Part shown: piece after piece, positions 21,955 through 31,286 of the stretch | Position numbering within the stretch: position 1 is the first letter of the stretch | How the letters are laid out: each line of letters opens with the position of its first letter | Source of the DNA: an uncultured Bacteroidales bacterium | GTDB taxonomy: Bacteria > Bacteroidota > Bacteroidia > Bacteroidales > CAYFUP01 | Length of the DNA stretch: 38,627 bases | Direction of reading: 5' to 3' | Assembly (NCBI GenBank): GCA_964346235.1 | Contig: CAYFUP010000004.1 | Location: 1-38,627, forward strand | Made by a program: the position numbers and the translations under genes | The notes under the pieces: generated by a model | The model's input: the letters and a program-made list of their open reading frames with translations, nothing else | Told to the model about the DNA's origin: nothing | Database searches by the model: none

Positions 21955-23159
21955 AATTCAATGTCTTTCGAAGGAATGCCCAGGGTATTGCCGATAAACA
22001 AGTTGGTAAGGATTCCTTTATAAACATATACCCCATGTCTGATGCCCACATCATCTTTAAGTAAATTTTTAATATCCCCATACTCTCCTAAATTGATGAT
22101 TAAAGGAGCAAAAACGTTGCTTAAGGCAATGGAAGCCGTTCGCGCCAGTCGTGAAGGGATGTTGGGAATGCAATAATGAATCACCCCATATTTAACAAAA
22201 TCCGGATTTTTATGGGTTCTGCATTCAGAAGTTTCCACACACCCTCCCTGATTAATGATGATATCCACAATCACCGATCCTTTCTTCATTTTTTGAACCA
22301 TGCCATCGGACACACAGAACCTCGGCCCTTTTCCGGTATTTTGAACGGCTCCGATGACCACATCGGCAGAGGCCAATGATTTTTCCAGTACCCGTTTATG
22401 AAAAACCGATGTGAATAACCGCTGGCCTAAATTATTTTGAATCTTACGCAGTTTCACATTGGAGTTATCAAAAAGCTTTACCTGTGCTCCAAGCCCCAGA
22501 GCAGCCCTTGCGGCATATTCCCCGGCAGTATTGGCACCGAGGATGACGACCTCTGCCGGCGTAATGCCGGTAATCCCGCCAAGAAATACCCCTTTGCCCT
22601 TATGCGCATTGCTCAGGTATTCCGCTGCGATAAGAATCGATGCAGCACCGGATAACTCACTCATGGAACGGTCAATGGGATAATAGTCTCCGTCGTCTTT
22701 CAAGTTTTCAAAAGCAATGGCTGTCACTTTCTTCTCCATCAATTTCTTAATGAAGTGTTCCAGCTGATTATTAAAATGCAAGGAAGATATTAATACCTGG
22801 TCCCCTTTTAATAGTTCAACCTCTTCGAGTGTCGGAGGGGCCACTTTTAAGATGACATCGCACTGGTATATTTCCTTTTTGCTTTCTGCAATGATTCCCT
22901 CATATTCACTGTAATCTTTATCAGCATAACTTGCCGGAGCGCCGGCATTGCGTTCAATATATACTTCATGTTCCCGCTCTACCAGGGTTCCTGTTGATTC
23001 CGGTGTTAAGGCAACCCTGTTTTCAATATCATGATTTTCTTTTGGAACACCTATTTTAAGCTTTTTTTTATTCCTAACTGTTTCAAGCATTTCTTCCTGA
23101 GGCAGTAATCCCCCTTTTCTCAAAAAAGCAGGACTATTGATATTGTTTGGTTCTGTCAT
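21936..23159 (-). CDS. ald: Alanine dehydrogenase/PNT-family protein
   Basis: IGVPKE..ENRVALTP, LKVAPP, MSELSG, GVFLGG, QGGCVETS, HYCIPNIPS…TASIALSN motifs; usual Bacteroidota position after tsaE. Confidence 0.88.
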   Translation of the reverse strand: MTEPNNINSPAFLRKGGLLPQEEMLETVRNKKKLKIGVPKENHDIENRVALTPESTGTLVEREHEVYIERNAGAPASYADKDYSEYEGIIAESKKEIYQCDVILKVAPPTLEEVELLKGDQVLISSLHFNNQLEHFIKKLMEKKVTAIAFENLKDDGDYYPIDRSMSELSGAASILIAAEYLSNAHKGKGVFLGGITGITPAEVVILGANTAGEYAARAALGLGAQVKLFDNSNVKLRKIQNNLGQRLFTSVFHKRVLEKSLASADVVIGAVQNTGKGPRFCVSDGMVQKMKKGSVIVDIIINQGGCVETSECRTHKNPDFVKYGVIHYCIPNIPSRLARTASIALSNVFAPLIINLGEYGDIKNLLKDDVGIRHGVYVYKGILTNLFIGNTLGIPSKDIELLMAAF

Positions 23160-23222
23160 ATTCTGATATATTTTATTGAAATTATCGACATGGTGATAAG
23201 AATGCGAAAGATATGTTCCGGA

Positions 23223-23639
23223 TTAATGCATTATAATTTCCCTTACATCCTGATCTTTTCTTTCAATGGCAATGTTTTTTGCTTCAGGAGGTAATAAATG
23301 GGCAATGATTGCCGGCCATTCAATAAAGCAATAATTGCCGGAGTACAAGTATTCTTCAAAACCAATATCAAATATTTCTTCCACGCTGTTTATTCTGTAA
23401 AAATCAAAATGATATATCAATTCATTTTTAGCTGTACCGTATTCATAAACCAAAGAGAAAGTCGGACTGGTCACTTCATCCGTTACATGCAATGATTGAC
23501 ATATGGATTTGATAAGTGTTGTTTTCCCTGCACCCAATTCTCCATAAAAGGCAAATATTTTGGTGTTTTCAAAATGCGATATCATTTCATTGGCAACCTG
23601 GCTTAACTCGGATAATGACGTAACAGTAAATGAAAACAT
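23223..23639 (-). CDS. tsaE: tRNA threonylcarbamoyladenosine biosynthesis ATPase
   Basis: GELGAGKTT Walker A, VTSPTFSL, HFDFYR and IEWP motifs. Confidence 0.96.
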   Translation of the reverse strand: MFSFTVTSLSELSQVANEMISHFENTKIFAFYGELGAGKTTLIKSICQSLHVTDEVTSPTFSLVYEYGTAKNELIYHFDFYRINSVEEIFDIGFEEYLYSGNYCFIEWPAIIAHLLPPEAKNIAIERKDQDVREIIMH

Positions 23640-23687
23640 TCGATAAAATTAGTAATTTTTAGGGAGCTATTTAAATTATTTTGTGTT

Positions 23688-25244
23688 TTATTTACCGGGT
23701 GACAGCAGGATTAAAGGTATCAGCATTTCCTGCATGGATATTCCGCCATGCTGAAAAGTATTTTTGTAATAGTTAACATAATAATTGTAATTCTTAGGAT
23801 ATACAAAAAAATCATTGCCCTGGGCAAAAATAAACTTGGAGGTAACATGGGAAGAGGGAAGATGAATTTTCCCGGGTTCAGGCACCTCATATACCAGTTT
23901 TTTATTGTATTGAAGGTTTTTTCCCGTTTTATATCTTAAATTGGTTGATGTAAGCCTGTCCCCTACCACCTTCACCGGGTTGGTAACCCGGATGGTTCCA
24001 TGATCGGTGGTCAGGATGATTTTTTTGTTTAAAGAAGACAATTCTTTCATTAAATCCAGCAAGGTTGAATGTTCAAACCATGAAACGGTGAGAGACCGGT
24101 AGGCTGATTCGTCATTGGCCAGTTCCCGGATCATTTCCCTGTCAGTCCTGGCATGAGACAGCTGGTCAACAAAATTGTAGATGATCACGGATAACTGATA
24201 ATCCTTTATTTGTCCTATCGATTGTAATAACTTCTGACCATCGCCATGGTTCGGAATTTTCCTGAAAAAGAAATTGGTTTTCATCCCCATCCGGTTTAAC
24301 TGATGCTTTAGCAAATCCGCTTCATATAAGTTTTTTCTTCCTTCTTCTTCATCATAAAGCCAGAATTCAGGATGCAACTGGTCAATTTCATGCGGCATTA
24401 AGCCGGAAAAAATGGCGTTTCTTGAATATTGGGTGGCGGTTGGCAATATACTGTAATACAGTCCGTCTTCATCAACCTTCAGGTATTGTTTAATGATGGG
24501 ATAAATGGAACGCCACTGGTCCAGCCTGAGGTTATCAATGATGATTAGGACCACTTCCTCTTCTTTTTGAATCAGCGGCAGCACCTTACTTTTAACCACA
24601 TTGGGTGAAAGCAAGGGTTTGTTATTGGTTTTGCTTCCAAACCAGTTTTCATAATTTCGTTTAATAAATTTCGAGAACTGGCTGTTGGCTTCCTGGTACT
24701 GATTGTTAAGGATTTCATTCATGCCCGGATCCTCTGAACTTCGAAGCTCAAACTCCCAATAAACCAGTTTTTTATAAATATCTATCCAGTCATTATAATC
24801 ATTGGCTTCATTAATTTGCTGACCGATATTTCCAAATTCCATCTGATAATCGGCCATGGTCTTGCGGGTAACGAGTTGCCGGTTTTCCACCAGTTTCTTA
24901 ATGTTTAACAAAACCTGATTGGGTTTTACGGGCTTTATGAGATAATCGGCAATTTTAGCTCCGACCGCCTCATCCATAATATTTTCCTCTTCGCTCTTGG
25001 TAATAATGACCACCGGCACCGCAGGGGCGATGCCCTTGATTTTGCCCAATGCCTCCAGACCGGTCATGCCAGGCATATTTTCATCAAGGAAAATGATGTC
25101 AAAACTGGTCTTAAGCACCAAATCAATAGCATCAAAGCCGTTATTGGCTGTCAGCACTTCATAACCTTTGCCTTCAAGAAATAAGATATGCGGTTTCAAT
25201 AAGTCAATCTCATCGTCCACCCATAGTATTTTAACATTTTTCAT
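23688..25244 (-). CDS. porX: T9SS response regulator with PglZ/alkaline-phosphatase domain
   Basis: ILWVDDEIDLLKPH, FLDENMPG receiver domain; IDNLRLDQW, ILPTATQYSRN, TTDHG and FQHGGIS PglZ motifs; directly upstream of tsaE. Confidence 0.95.
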   Translation of the reverse strand: MKNVKILWVDDEIDLLKPHILFLEGKGYEVLTANNGFDAIDLVLKTSFDIIFLDENMPGMTGLEALGKIKGIAPAVPVVIITKSEEENIMDEAVGAKIADYLIKPVKPNQVLLNIKKLVENRQLVTRKTMADYQMEFGNIGQQINEANDYNDWIDIYKKLVYWEFELRSSEDPGMNEILNNQYQEANSQFSKFIKRNYENWFGSKTNNKPLLSPNVVKSKVLPLIQKEEEVVLIIIDNLRLDQWRSIYPIIKQYLKVDEDGLYYSILPTATQYSRNAIFSGLMPHEIDQLHPEFWLYDEEEGRKNLYEADLLKHQLNRMGMKTNFFFRKIPNHGDGQKLLQSIGQIKDYQLSVIIYNFVDQLSHARTDREMIRELANDESAYRSLTVSWFEHSTLLDLMKELSSLNKKIILTTDHGTIRVTNPVKVVGDRLTSTNLRYKTGKNLQYNKKLVYEVPEPGKIHLPSSHVTSKFIFAQGNDFFVYPKNYNYYVNYYKNTFQHGGISMQEMLIPLILLSPGK

Positions 25245-25304
25245 TCGCAAAGATTTTTCAGCGCAATTTGATGACCATAATTAATGAAATGACAAAAAAT
25301 TGAT

Positions 25305-27995
25305 TTAGTTCAACGTATATTCTTTGTTAAAAAATTCAAGATAGTACCTAACTGATTTGTCCTCAATAAATTTACTGTAGTTATTGCTTGAAATCAGAAA
25401 GTACTGGTATTGCTCATCATCGAATGACTTAAGTACCTCCGGATCGTTTAACAATCTATTATAAAAAAGGTTTGCCTTTTCTACATTTTCAAAGGATTTA
25501 ATGGCTAAGTTTTTGAAATCGCTGGTGAGGGGTTCATTTTCTATGTCAAAATCATCCAGGTTATAGTAATCAACGATGAAGCTGATGAAATTAAATCTTA
25601 GTTGGTTGATATCCACATCGTTTCTGACCACTATGACAAAGAAATGTTCCGCCCCGGGATCATAGGAATAAATGATTTCTTCCTCGGATTCCCCGGAATC
25701 TTCTTCACCGGAACCTGATTCCCCGTCTGATTCATCAGAAGACTTCATGGCCATAGCCACTTCCCTTTCTTCAATTTTGTTAATGATAGAATCGGCCATG
25801 GCTGATAACGCGTGATCCGAATAATTGGTTTTATATTCTGAAAGCAAATTTTTGAATATGCGGTTATTGGTCATTTTACCCCTGGCTACCACATTCAGAA
25901 ACTCGAAATTCGGATATAGATAAGTGGATTTATATTTATCCGTGGCCGTTTGATGATGTTGTATTACTTCCTGGTAATTGCCCTGCATATAATCCATATA
26001 GGTCTGCATATAGAAATTTTCCCGCTCCCTTTCGGCTCTTGCCAGTTCTTCCAGGAAATTCGGGTTGGTAAGCAGTTTGGCGTAATTCGATTCAGGATAT
26101 TCGGATACGATGCGATCTTTATATTGTTCGGCCATGTTCATATTGCCCTGCTTACGCGTTAACAAGTACAATTCATATAACCCAGGCAGCGTATTTATAT
26201 TATCGGGAAAACGGGCAACAAGGTTTTCATAAGCATTAATGGCTTTTTCTGGGTTATCCAGCTTGTCCTGATAAATTTTTCCTGCGTTATAATAAGCTTC
26301 TGCCAGTCTCTGGTTCGAAGCTTCAAGTTTTTCCGGGGTCTTGGGTATGTTCTGTGTATAATATTTTGGATTGGTTTGACTGTATTGGTTTTTTATCACT
26401 TCCACGGAATCTTCCGATTCTTCGTTTGATTCATCCATGGCAAAAGATGACTGGAAGCTGCCGGATCTTTTGTTTTTCCTTCGCCAGTTATCCTCAAGTT
26501 TCCTTTTACCCCATTTTTTTTCAAATTCTGACTGTCCGTAACTAAGTGCAGAAGGGTTATAAAAATACCATTTCCCTGAAGAAGTGATGTTGTTTCTAAA
26601 ATTCCGGTTGTTCTGATAACGGTAATTCCGGTTGTTGGCTGCCTGCTGTTGTTTTCTTTTTTCTTCTTCCCTGTATTGGGCAATCAGGTTGTTGACTAGT
26701 TTCGTCTGATCCGCTTCAGACAATTGTGCGACCTGTTGCACACTATCTTCAAATTCAATGACATTCAGGTTTTGCACCAACTGATTGAGGTTCCGGGTAT
26801 TGGTAAGGATTTCCTCATAATCCGGGAAATCATCATCGATAAATGAGGCGGTGCTGTCATAATAGGCTCCGGCTTTGCTGTAAGATTGCCGGTTAAAGTA
26901 AATATCAGCAAGCTTTAAATAGCTCATCACCTTTTGATTGTTATTGTCAACGCTTCTTGCTGCTGATCTCCGGTAATATTCGATGGCCTGGTTGATGTTG
27001 CCTTCTTTGTATTCAAGCTGCGCCAGGGCATAATATATTTGATCCTGGTAATCAATATTTTTATCATCCTTCAGCATTTTCAGAAGCTCTTTCTTGACCT
27101 CATCAGTATTTCCGCGACTGACATCCATCAGGGATGCCTGATTAATCTTTGCATTAAAAGCCATTTCATAAGGCGGATTATGTTTTACCACCTTTCCATA
27201 TGCGATGGAAGCCTGGTGATAATTCTCTAATTCCTCATATACCTGGGCAAGTATATAGGTATATCTGACTTCCTTTTCTTTTTCCCTGCTCTCCTCTATG
27301 GCATTTTGGAGTTTAGGAACCGCTTCATTGTACATTTCCTGCTCCAGGTAGTAATAGGCATAAGCAGCATTATATTCCCCCTGCAGCCTGTCGGGAAACT
27401 CCCTTTCTTTTTCAATTTGACTGATGGTTACGGCAGCATCTTTTAAATCACCATTCTCTGCATAAGCACGCACCAACCAGACCAAGGCATCATATTTTTT
27501 TTCTTCGTACTCAAAATTGTTCACGATGTATTTGAAAGCTTCAATGGACTGGAGGTACCTTTGTAAGTAATAATGAGATTTACCGATTAAGATGTAGCAA
27601 TCGTCAATCCATTTATTGTATTCTTCTTTGCGGTAAAATTCACGGCTTCTTTTTATCAATCCCCCCCTTTTCGGTCTCGATGTAATGGAATGAAGTTCAA
27701 TTACTTTTGTAGATTTGTCGTTGGTGCGTTCCATATCGGAGGTGATGGTACCCGTCTGCTCAAATTCAGAAGCCTTGTAAACCGGCAATATGCGGGAGTA
27801 ATTTTCCTCGAAGTTTTCCTCAATCTTTTCCTCCCCGCTTTTCATGCTTTGCATCCCGTTAAAAAATATGTTATAGTGGGAAGTCAGGTTATGATATCCC
27901 CTCGTAATCATGGTGTTTTTCTCGGTGGAGCAGGATAGTAAAATCAGGATGCTGAAAAAAACCGGAAAAATGAAATTTATCCTGTACCTGTTCAT
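25305..27995 (-). CDS. sprE: T9SS TPR lipoprotein SprE/PorW
   Basis: SCSTEKNT…YHNLTSHYNIFFNG, LKDDKNIDYQDQIYY and WYFYN…GQSEF…WGKRKLEDNWR motifs; multiple TPRs. Confidence 0.9.
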   Translation of the reverse strand: MNRYRINFIFPVFFSILILLSCSTEKNTMITRGYHNLTSHYNIFFNGMQSMKSGEEKIEENFEENYSRILPVYKASEFEQTGTITSDMERTNDKSTKVIELHSITSRPKRGGLIKRSREFYRKEEYNKWIDDCYILIGKSHYYLQRYLQSIEAFKYIVNNFEYEEKKYDALVWLVRAYAENGDLKDAAVTISQIEKEREFPDRLQGEYNAAYAYYYLEQEMYNEAVPKLQNAIEESREKEKEVRYTYILAQVYEELENYHQASIAYGKVVKHNPPYEMAFNAKINQASLMDVSRGNTDEVKKELLKMLKDDKNIDYQDQIYYALAQLEYKEGNINQAIEYYRRSAARSVDNNNQKVMSYLKLADIYFNRQSYSKAGAYYDSTASFIDDDFPDYEEILTNTRNLNQLVQNLNVIEFEDSVQQVAQLSEADQTKLVNNLIAQYREEEKRKQQQAANNRNYRYQNNRNFRNNITSSGKWYFYNPSALSYGQSEFEKKWGKRKLEDNWRRKNKRSGSFQSSFAMDESNEESEDSVEVIKNQYSQTNPKYYTQNIPKTPEKLEASNQRLAEAYYNAGKIYQDKLDNPEKAINAYENLVARFPDNINTLPGLYELYLLTRKQGNMNMAEQYKDRIVSEYPESNYAKLLTNPNFLEELARAERERENFYMQTYMDYMQGNYQEVIQHHQTATDKYKSTYLYPNFEFLNVVARGKMTNNRIFKNLLSEYKTNYSDHALSAMADSIINKIEEREVAMAMKSSDESDGESGSGEEDSGESEEEIIYSYDPGAEHFFVIVVRNDVDINQLRFNFISFIVDYYNLDDFDIENEPLTSDFKNLAIKSFENVEKANLFYNRLLNDPEVLKSFDDEQYQYFLISSNNYSKFIEDKSVRYYLEFFNKEYTLN

Positions 27996-28101
27996 CAAAT
28001 AATAATTTAATCCTTTATCTTTCTGCTAAAATAATAAAACTAACATCTCCAAAGAATATTTTATTATCAGCAAAAAAAAAGAAAAATTAAAATGATGCTG
28101 T

Positions 28102-28344
28102 TTATACGGAAACCACTTCCTTGATCTCAGGTATTTCCCGCTTCAAAGCCATTTCAATCCCGGCTTTCAGGGTCTGCATGCTAAATGGGCATCCGTTGCA
28201 TGCCCCCATTAGCTTCACTTTAACAACATGATCGTCCGTATAATCAATCAGCTTAACATCTCCGCCGTCTGATTGCAGGTATGGTCTTAGTTTTTCCAGC
28301 GAAGCCCGAACCTTTTTTTTTAACTGTTCTGATGCCTTTTCCAT
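28102..28344 (-). CDS. nfuA: NifU/NfuA C-terminal domain Fe-S carrier
   Basis: RPYLQSDGGDV and GACNGCP (CxxC), TLKAGIE. ATG at 28344 preferred over the longer ORF. Confidence 0.9.
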   Translation of the reverse strand: MEKASEQLKKKVRASLEKLRPYLQSDGGDVKLIDYTDDHVVKVKLMGACNGCPFSMQTLKAGIEMALKREIPEIKEVVSV

Positions 28345-28461
28345 AGGTGAGTATTTAAATGATAATGATATAAATATTTCTACGTCCCGAAATTCAATCA
28401 TGCTTTCCAGGTTATTTTTGCCCTGGGCAGTTACACAAATTGGCTTTCCCGTTGGACTGTC

Positions 28462-29559
28462 TTAACTTTTTATTTCCACTTTCCTGGTAGGTTGCAGGTC
28501 CTTATTTCTACGTTCGGTTTGCTCCGTCATGCTGACAGCCAGAGCCTGAAAAGCTTTTCCCACTGCATTGTCATCCATGGCCGATGGATATCCTTTGTCT
28601 CCCCCTTCCCTGATGGACTGTACTATTGGAATCTGACCAAGCAAAGGGATGTTCATCTCTTCAGAGAGTTTTTTGCACCCTTCCTGTCCAAAAATATAAT
28701 ACTTATTGTCGGGAAGTTCTTCAGGGGTAAACCACGACATGTTCTCCACCAATCCCAATACGGGAACGTTGATGTTTTTTTGCTGAAACATGGTTATTCC
28801 CTTCACTGCATCCGCCAATGCTACTTCCTGCGGTGTACTTACAATGACTGCCCCGGTTACGGGCACTTCCTGAACCATGGTAAGATGGATGTCACCGGTC
28901 CCCGGTGGCAAATCAATGATCAGATAGTCGAGTTCCCCCCAGTCTCCTTCATTGATTAATTGCTTCAGCGCACTGGTCGCCATTGGCCCGCGCCAGACCA
29001 GGGCATCTTTGGCTTCCACAAAAAAACCAAGCGATAACATTTTCACCCCGTATTTTTCTATGGGGGCTATCATGGTTTTATTTCCTTCTCTCTCAGATGC
29101 AAAAGGCTTGGCATTTTCCGTGTTAAACATCTTAGGGATGGAAGGACCATACACATCGGCATCGATAAGACCGGTGCGGTATCCGTTATTGGCAAGTGCC
29201 ACACTTAAATTAACCGCTACCGTAGATTTGCCGACTCCCCCTTTTCCCGAAGCCACTGCAATGATGTTCTTAACACCCGGAAGCACTTTCCTCTCCTGGG
29301 GTTTTTCTTCGGGCTTCACCGATATATTGCCTTTAATCCCCGCATCTTCTCCCAATTCGTTGATAATAGCCTGTACGCAAGCCTTTTTGATGGAAGATAT
29401 CAACGGGTCGTTGCTTTTCTTGAATTTCAGGGAGAAACTTATCTTTTTTCCTTCAATGGTTAAATCTTCTATCATGCCCAGGGCAACAATATCTTTGTCA
29501 GAACCCGGGTAAACCACTTTTTTCAGCGCTTCTAATACCTGATTTGATGAATATTCCAT
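28462..29559 (-). CDS. mrp: Mrp/NBP35 (ApbC) Fe-S cluster carrier ATPase
   Basis: ASGKGGVGKST, DADVYGPS, WRGPM, DLPPGTGD and VENMS motifs. Confidence 0.96.
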   Translation of the reverse strand: MEYSSNQVLEALKKVVYPGSDKDIVALGMIEDLTIEGKKISFSLKFKKSNDPLISSIKKACVQAIINELGEDAGIKGNISVKPEEKPQERKVLPGVKNIIAVASGKGGVGKSTVAVNLSVALANNGYRTGLIDADVYGPSIPKMFNTENAKPFASEREGNKTMIAPIEKYGVKMLSLGFFVEAKDALVWRGPMATSALKQLINEGDWGELDYLIIDLPPGTGDIHLTMVQEVPVTGAVIVSTPQEVALADAVKGITMFQQKNINVPVLGLVENMSWFTPEELPDNKYYIFGQEGCKKLSEEMNIPLLGQIPIVQSIREGGDKGYPSAMDDNAVGKAFQALAVSMTEQTERRNKDLQPTRKVEIKS

Positions 29560-29613
29560 AAATTAACCAACATTATATTATTATTATAACCAACGATATG
29601 TTTTCAAAAATGA

Positions 29614-29632
29614 ATTTAAAATCATTCTAAAC
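29614..29632. promoter_or_regulatory. Putative Fur-family operator upstream of mrp-nfuA
   Basis: Imperfect palindrome ATTTAAAATCATTCTAAAC, two mismatches to ATTTAGAATnATTCTAAAT. Confidence 0.5.
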
Positions 29633-29634
29633 AG

Positions 29635-29642
29635 CAAATTTA
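29635..29642 (-). promoter_or_regulatory. Bacteroidota -7 promoter element for mrp
   Basis: TAAATTTG on the minus strand fits TAnnTTTG, ~75 bp upstream of the ATG. Confidence 0.55.
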
Positions 29643-29660
29643 ATTAATCTAAATTAAAAT

Positions 29661-29990
29661 TCACGATAGTTCTTCAACAGGGTTCCAGAAGTGCTTTTCA
29701 AACTCAACCACCTGGTCCTTTTCAACCCTTATGCCCTCATTCTCGAGCAATTGCTGCATGATGAGGTGGCCTCCGAAATGATGCTTGCCGGTCAACCTGC
29801 CATTCCTGTTTATCACCCTGTGCGCAGGAATGAAATCCGCACGGGAATGAGCATGGTTTAATGCCCAACCCACCATTCTGGCCGAACGGGCAGTCCCGAG
29901 ATACCTGGCAATGGCCCCATAGGTGGTCACTTTCCCGTAAGGGACTTTTTTAACTACTTCATAAACCTGGTAGAAAAAATCATGATGCAT
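29661..29990 (-). CDS. MGMT-family alkyltransferase-like protein (no catalytic Cys)
   Basis: VPYGKVTTYGAIA, ARMVGWAL and PAHRV instead of PCHRV. Confidence 0.9.
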   Translation of the reverse strand: MHHDFFYQVYEVVKKVPYGKVTTYGAIARYLGTARSARMVGWALNHAHSRADFIPAHRVINRNGRLTGKHHFGGHLIMQQLLENEGIRVEKDQVVEFEKHFWNPVEELS

Positions 29991-30019
29991 CGGATGAAGG
30001 TTTTTTCTGTTTCAAACCA

Positions 30020-30724
30020 TTATCTTTCTTCGAATTCGGGGGGTAATAACCGGGTTTCTGAGTTGAGGTAAAAATTCATGTACTTAATTGTTCTTCCTTC
30101 TGTTATGAATTGTTTTTCATAAAAGGTTTTCACTGATTTCAAAAAATCAAATCCCTCCGTTTCGTAAATATTATCAACAACATCTTTCATTACCAGATTG
30201 TTTTGATTAGCCACGGCGAGGGTATAATGAAAAAGCTGTTCATTATCGGTTTTCAAATGAATCATGCCATCCGGGATTAGAAAATGTTGATAAATGGTCA
30301 GCATCCGCGGAGAGGTCAGTCTTTTATTCGGCTTTTTGGGCTGGGGATCCGGAAAAGTAATCCAGATTTCTGAAATTTCATGTTTATCAAAAAAAGCCCT
30401 TAGCAATTCGATTCTGGTACGAAGGAATCCCACGTTCTTCAATCCCTCTTCATGAGCAGTCTTCGCTCCGCGCCAGATCCTGGCCCCTTTGATGTCGATG
30501 CCCAGATAATTCCGGTTAGGATTTTTCCGGGCAAGGTTAACGTTATATTCGCCTTTACCGCAAGCGAGTTCAAGTACCAGGGGATTATCATTCTTAAAAA
30601 AGGTTTTGGCCCAGTTACCTTTGAGCGGATGATCTGATAAATCCACATAATTTTTGATCTCAGGCTGAATGACATTACTTAATTCATCTACCTCTCTGAA
30701 TCTCGCAATTTTTCCTTTTCCCAA
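30020..30724 (-). CDS. trmB: tRNA (guanine-N7)-methyltransferase
   Basis: LELACGKGEY, GIDIKGARIW, ITFPDP and HLKTD motifs; TTG start. Confidence 0.95.
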   Translation of the reverse strand: MGKGKIARFREVDELSNVIQPEIKNYVDLSDHPLKGNWAKTFFKNDNPLVLELACGKGEYNVNLARKNPNRNYLGIDIKGARIWRGAKTAHEEGLKNVGFLRTRIELLRAFFDKHEISEIWITFPDPQPKKPNKRLTSPRMLTIYQHFLIPDGMIHLKTDNEQLFHYTLAVANQNNLVMKDVVDNIYETEGFDFLKSVKTFYEKQFITEGRTIKYMNFYLNSETRLLPPEFEER

Positions 30725-30780
30725 GATATTAACATTTTAGTGGTTACCATTTTGGTCTCAATACCGCTTTGATTACAGTT

Positions 30781-31284
30781 TTAGTGATTTGCCTTGACTT
30801 TCTCAATCCGGATTCCGGCATCAGTGATGCCCGGCAGTTTTTCTATCCGCATGGCTTGCTCAATCTCAAATGTATAATAACCCCTGAAAGGAAAGCGAAC
30901 ATGCTTCTTATAGATTATCCGGTGACTCCAGACATTGCCGAAACCCTTGCCCAGCCATCTTCCTTCCTTGTTGGCCAGGACACATTCGAAAGTATCTTTC
31001 ACAGAATAATCCATAGGAGAAGTGGTGGTAATAAACAAAAACAGGTTGCTTCTCGGGTACTTACCGGTATTTCTTATGTTAATATAAATATTATGGGGCG
31101 ATAGGGTGTCTTTCACCGGGACTTCGAAGGTAAGCACTTCATCGTGGTTCCAGACATCATCGGTGATGTTTTTGTTTTTTTCATAAACCCGGTTAAAGTT
31201 GCATGAAGCCATCAGGGTAATGACAAAAACAACCGCCACAGGGAACATTTTTAAAGGGAAATTTGATACTTTGTTACTCGCCAT
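30781..31284 (-). CDS. gldH: Gliding motility lipoprotein GldH
   Basis: Lipobox MASC; IRNTGKYPRSNLFL, LANKEGRWLGKG, IEQAMR and GITDAGIRIE motifs; follows ricT. Confidence 0.93.
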   Translation of the reverse strand: MASNKVSNFPLKMFPVAVVFVITLMASCNFNRVYEKNKNITDDVWNHDEVLTFEVPVKDTLSPHNIYINIRNTGKYPRSNLFLFITTTSPMDYSVKDTFECVLANKEGRWLGKGFGNVWSHRIIYKKHVRFPFRGYYTFEIEQAMRIEKLPGITDAGIRIEKVKANH

Positions 31285-31286
31285 GA

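Noticed and set aside
25680-26660. Acidic Ser/Gly/Glu linker and NNRN duplication in sprE
   Set aside because: Ordinary low-complexity linkers.
28492-29512. 155-aa and 186-aa plus-strand ORFs
   Set aside because: Antisense shadows of the conserved mrp gene.
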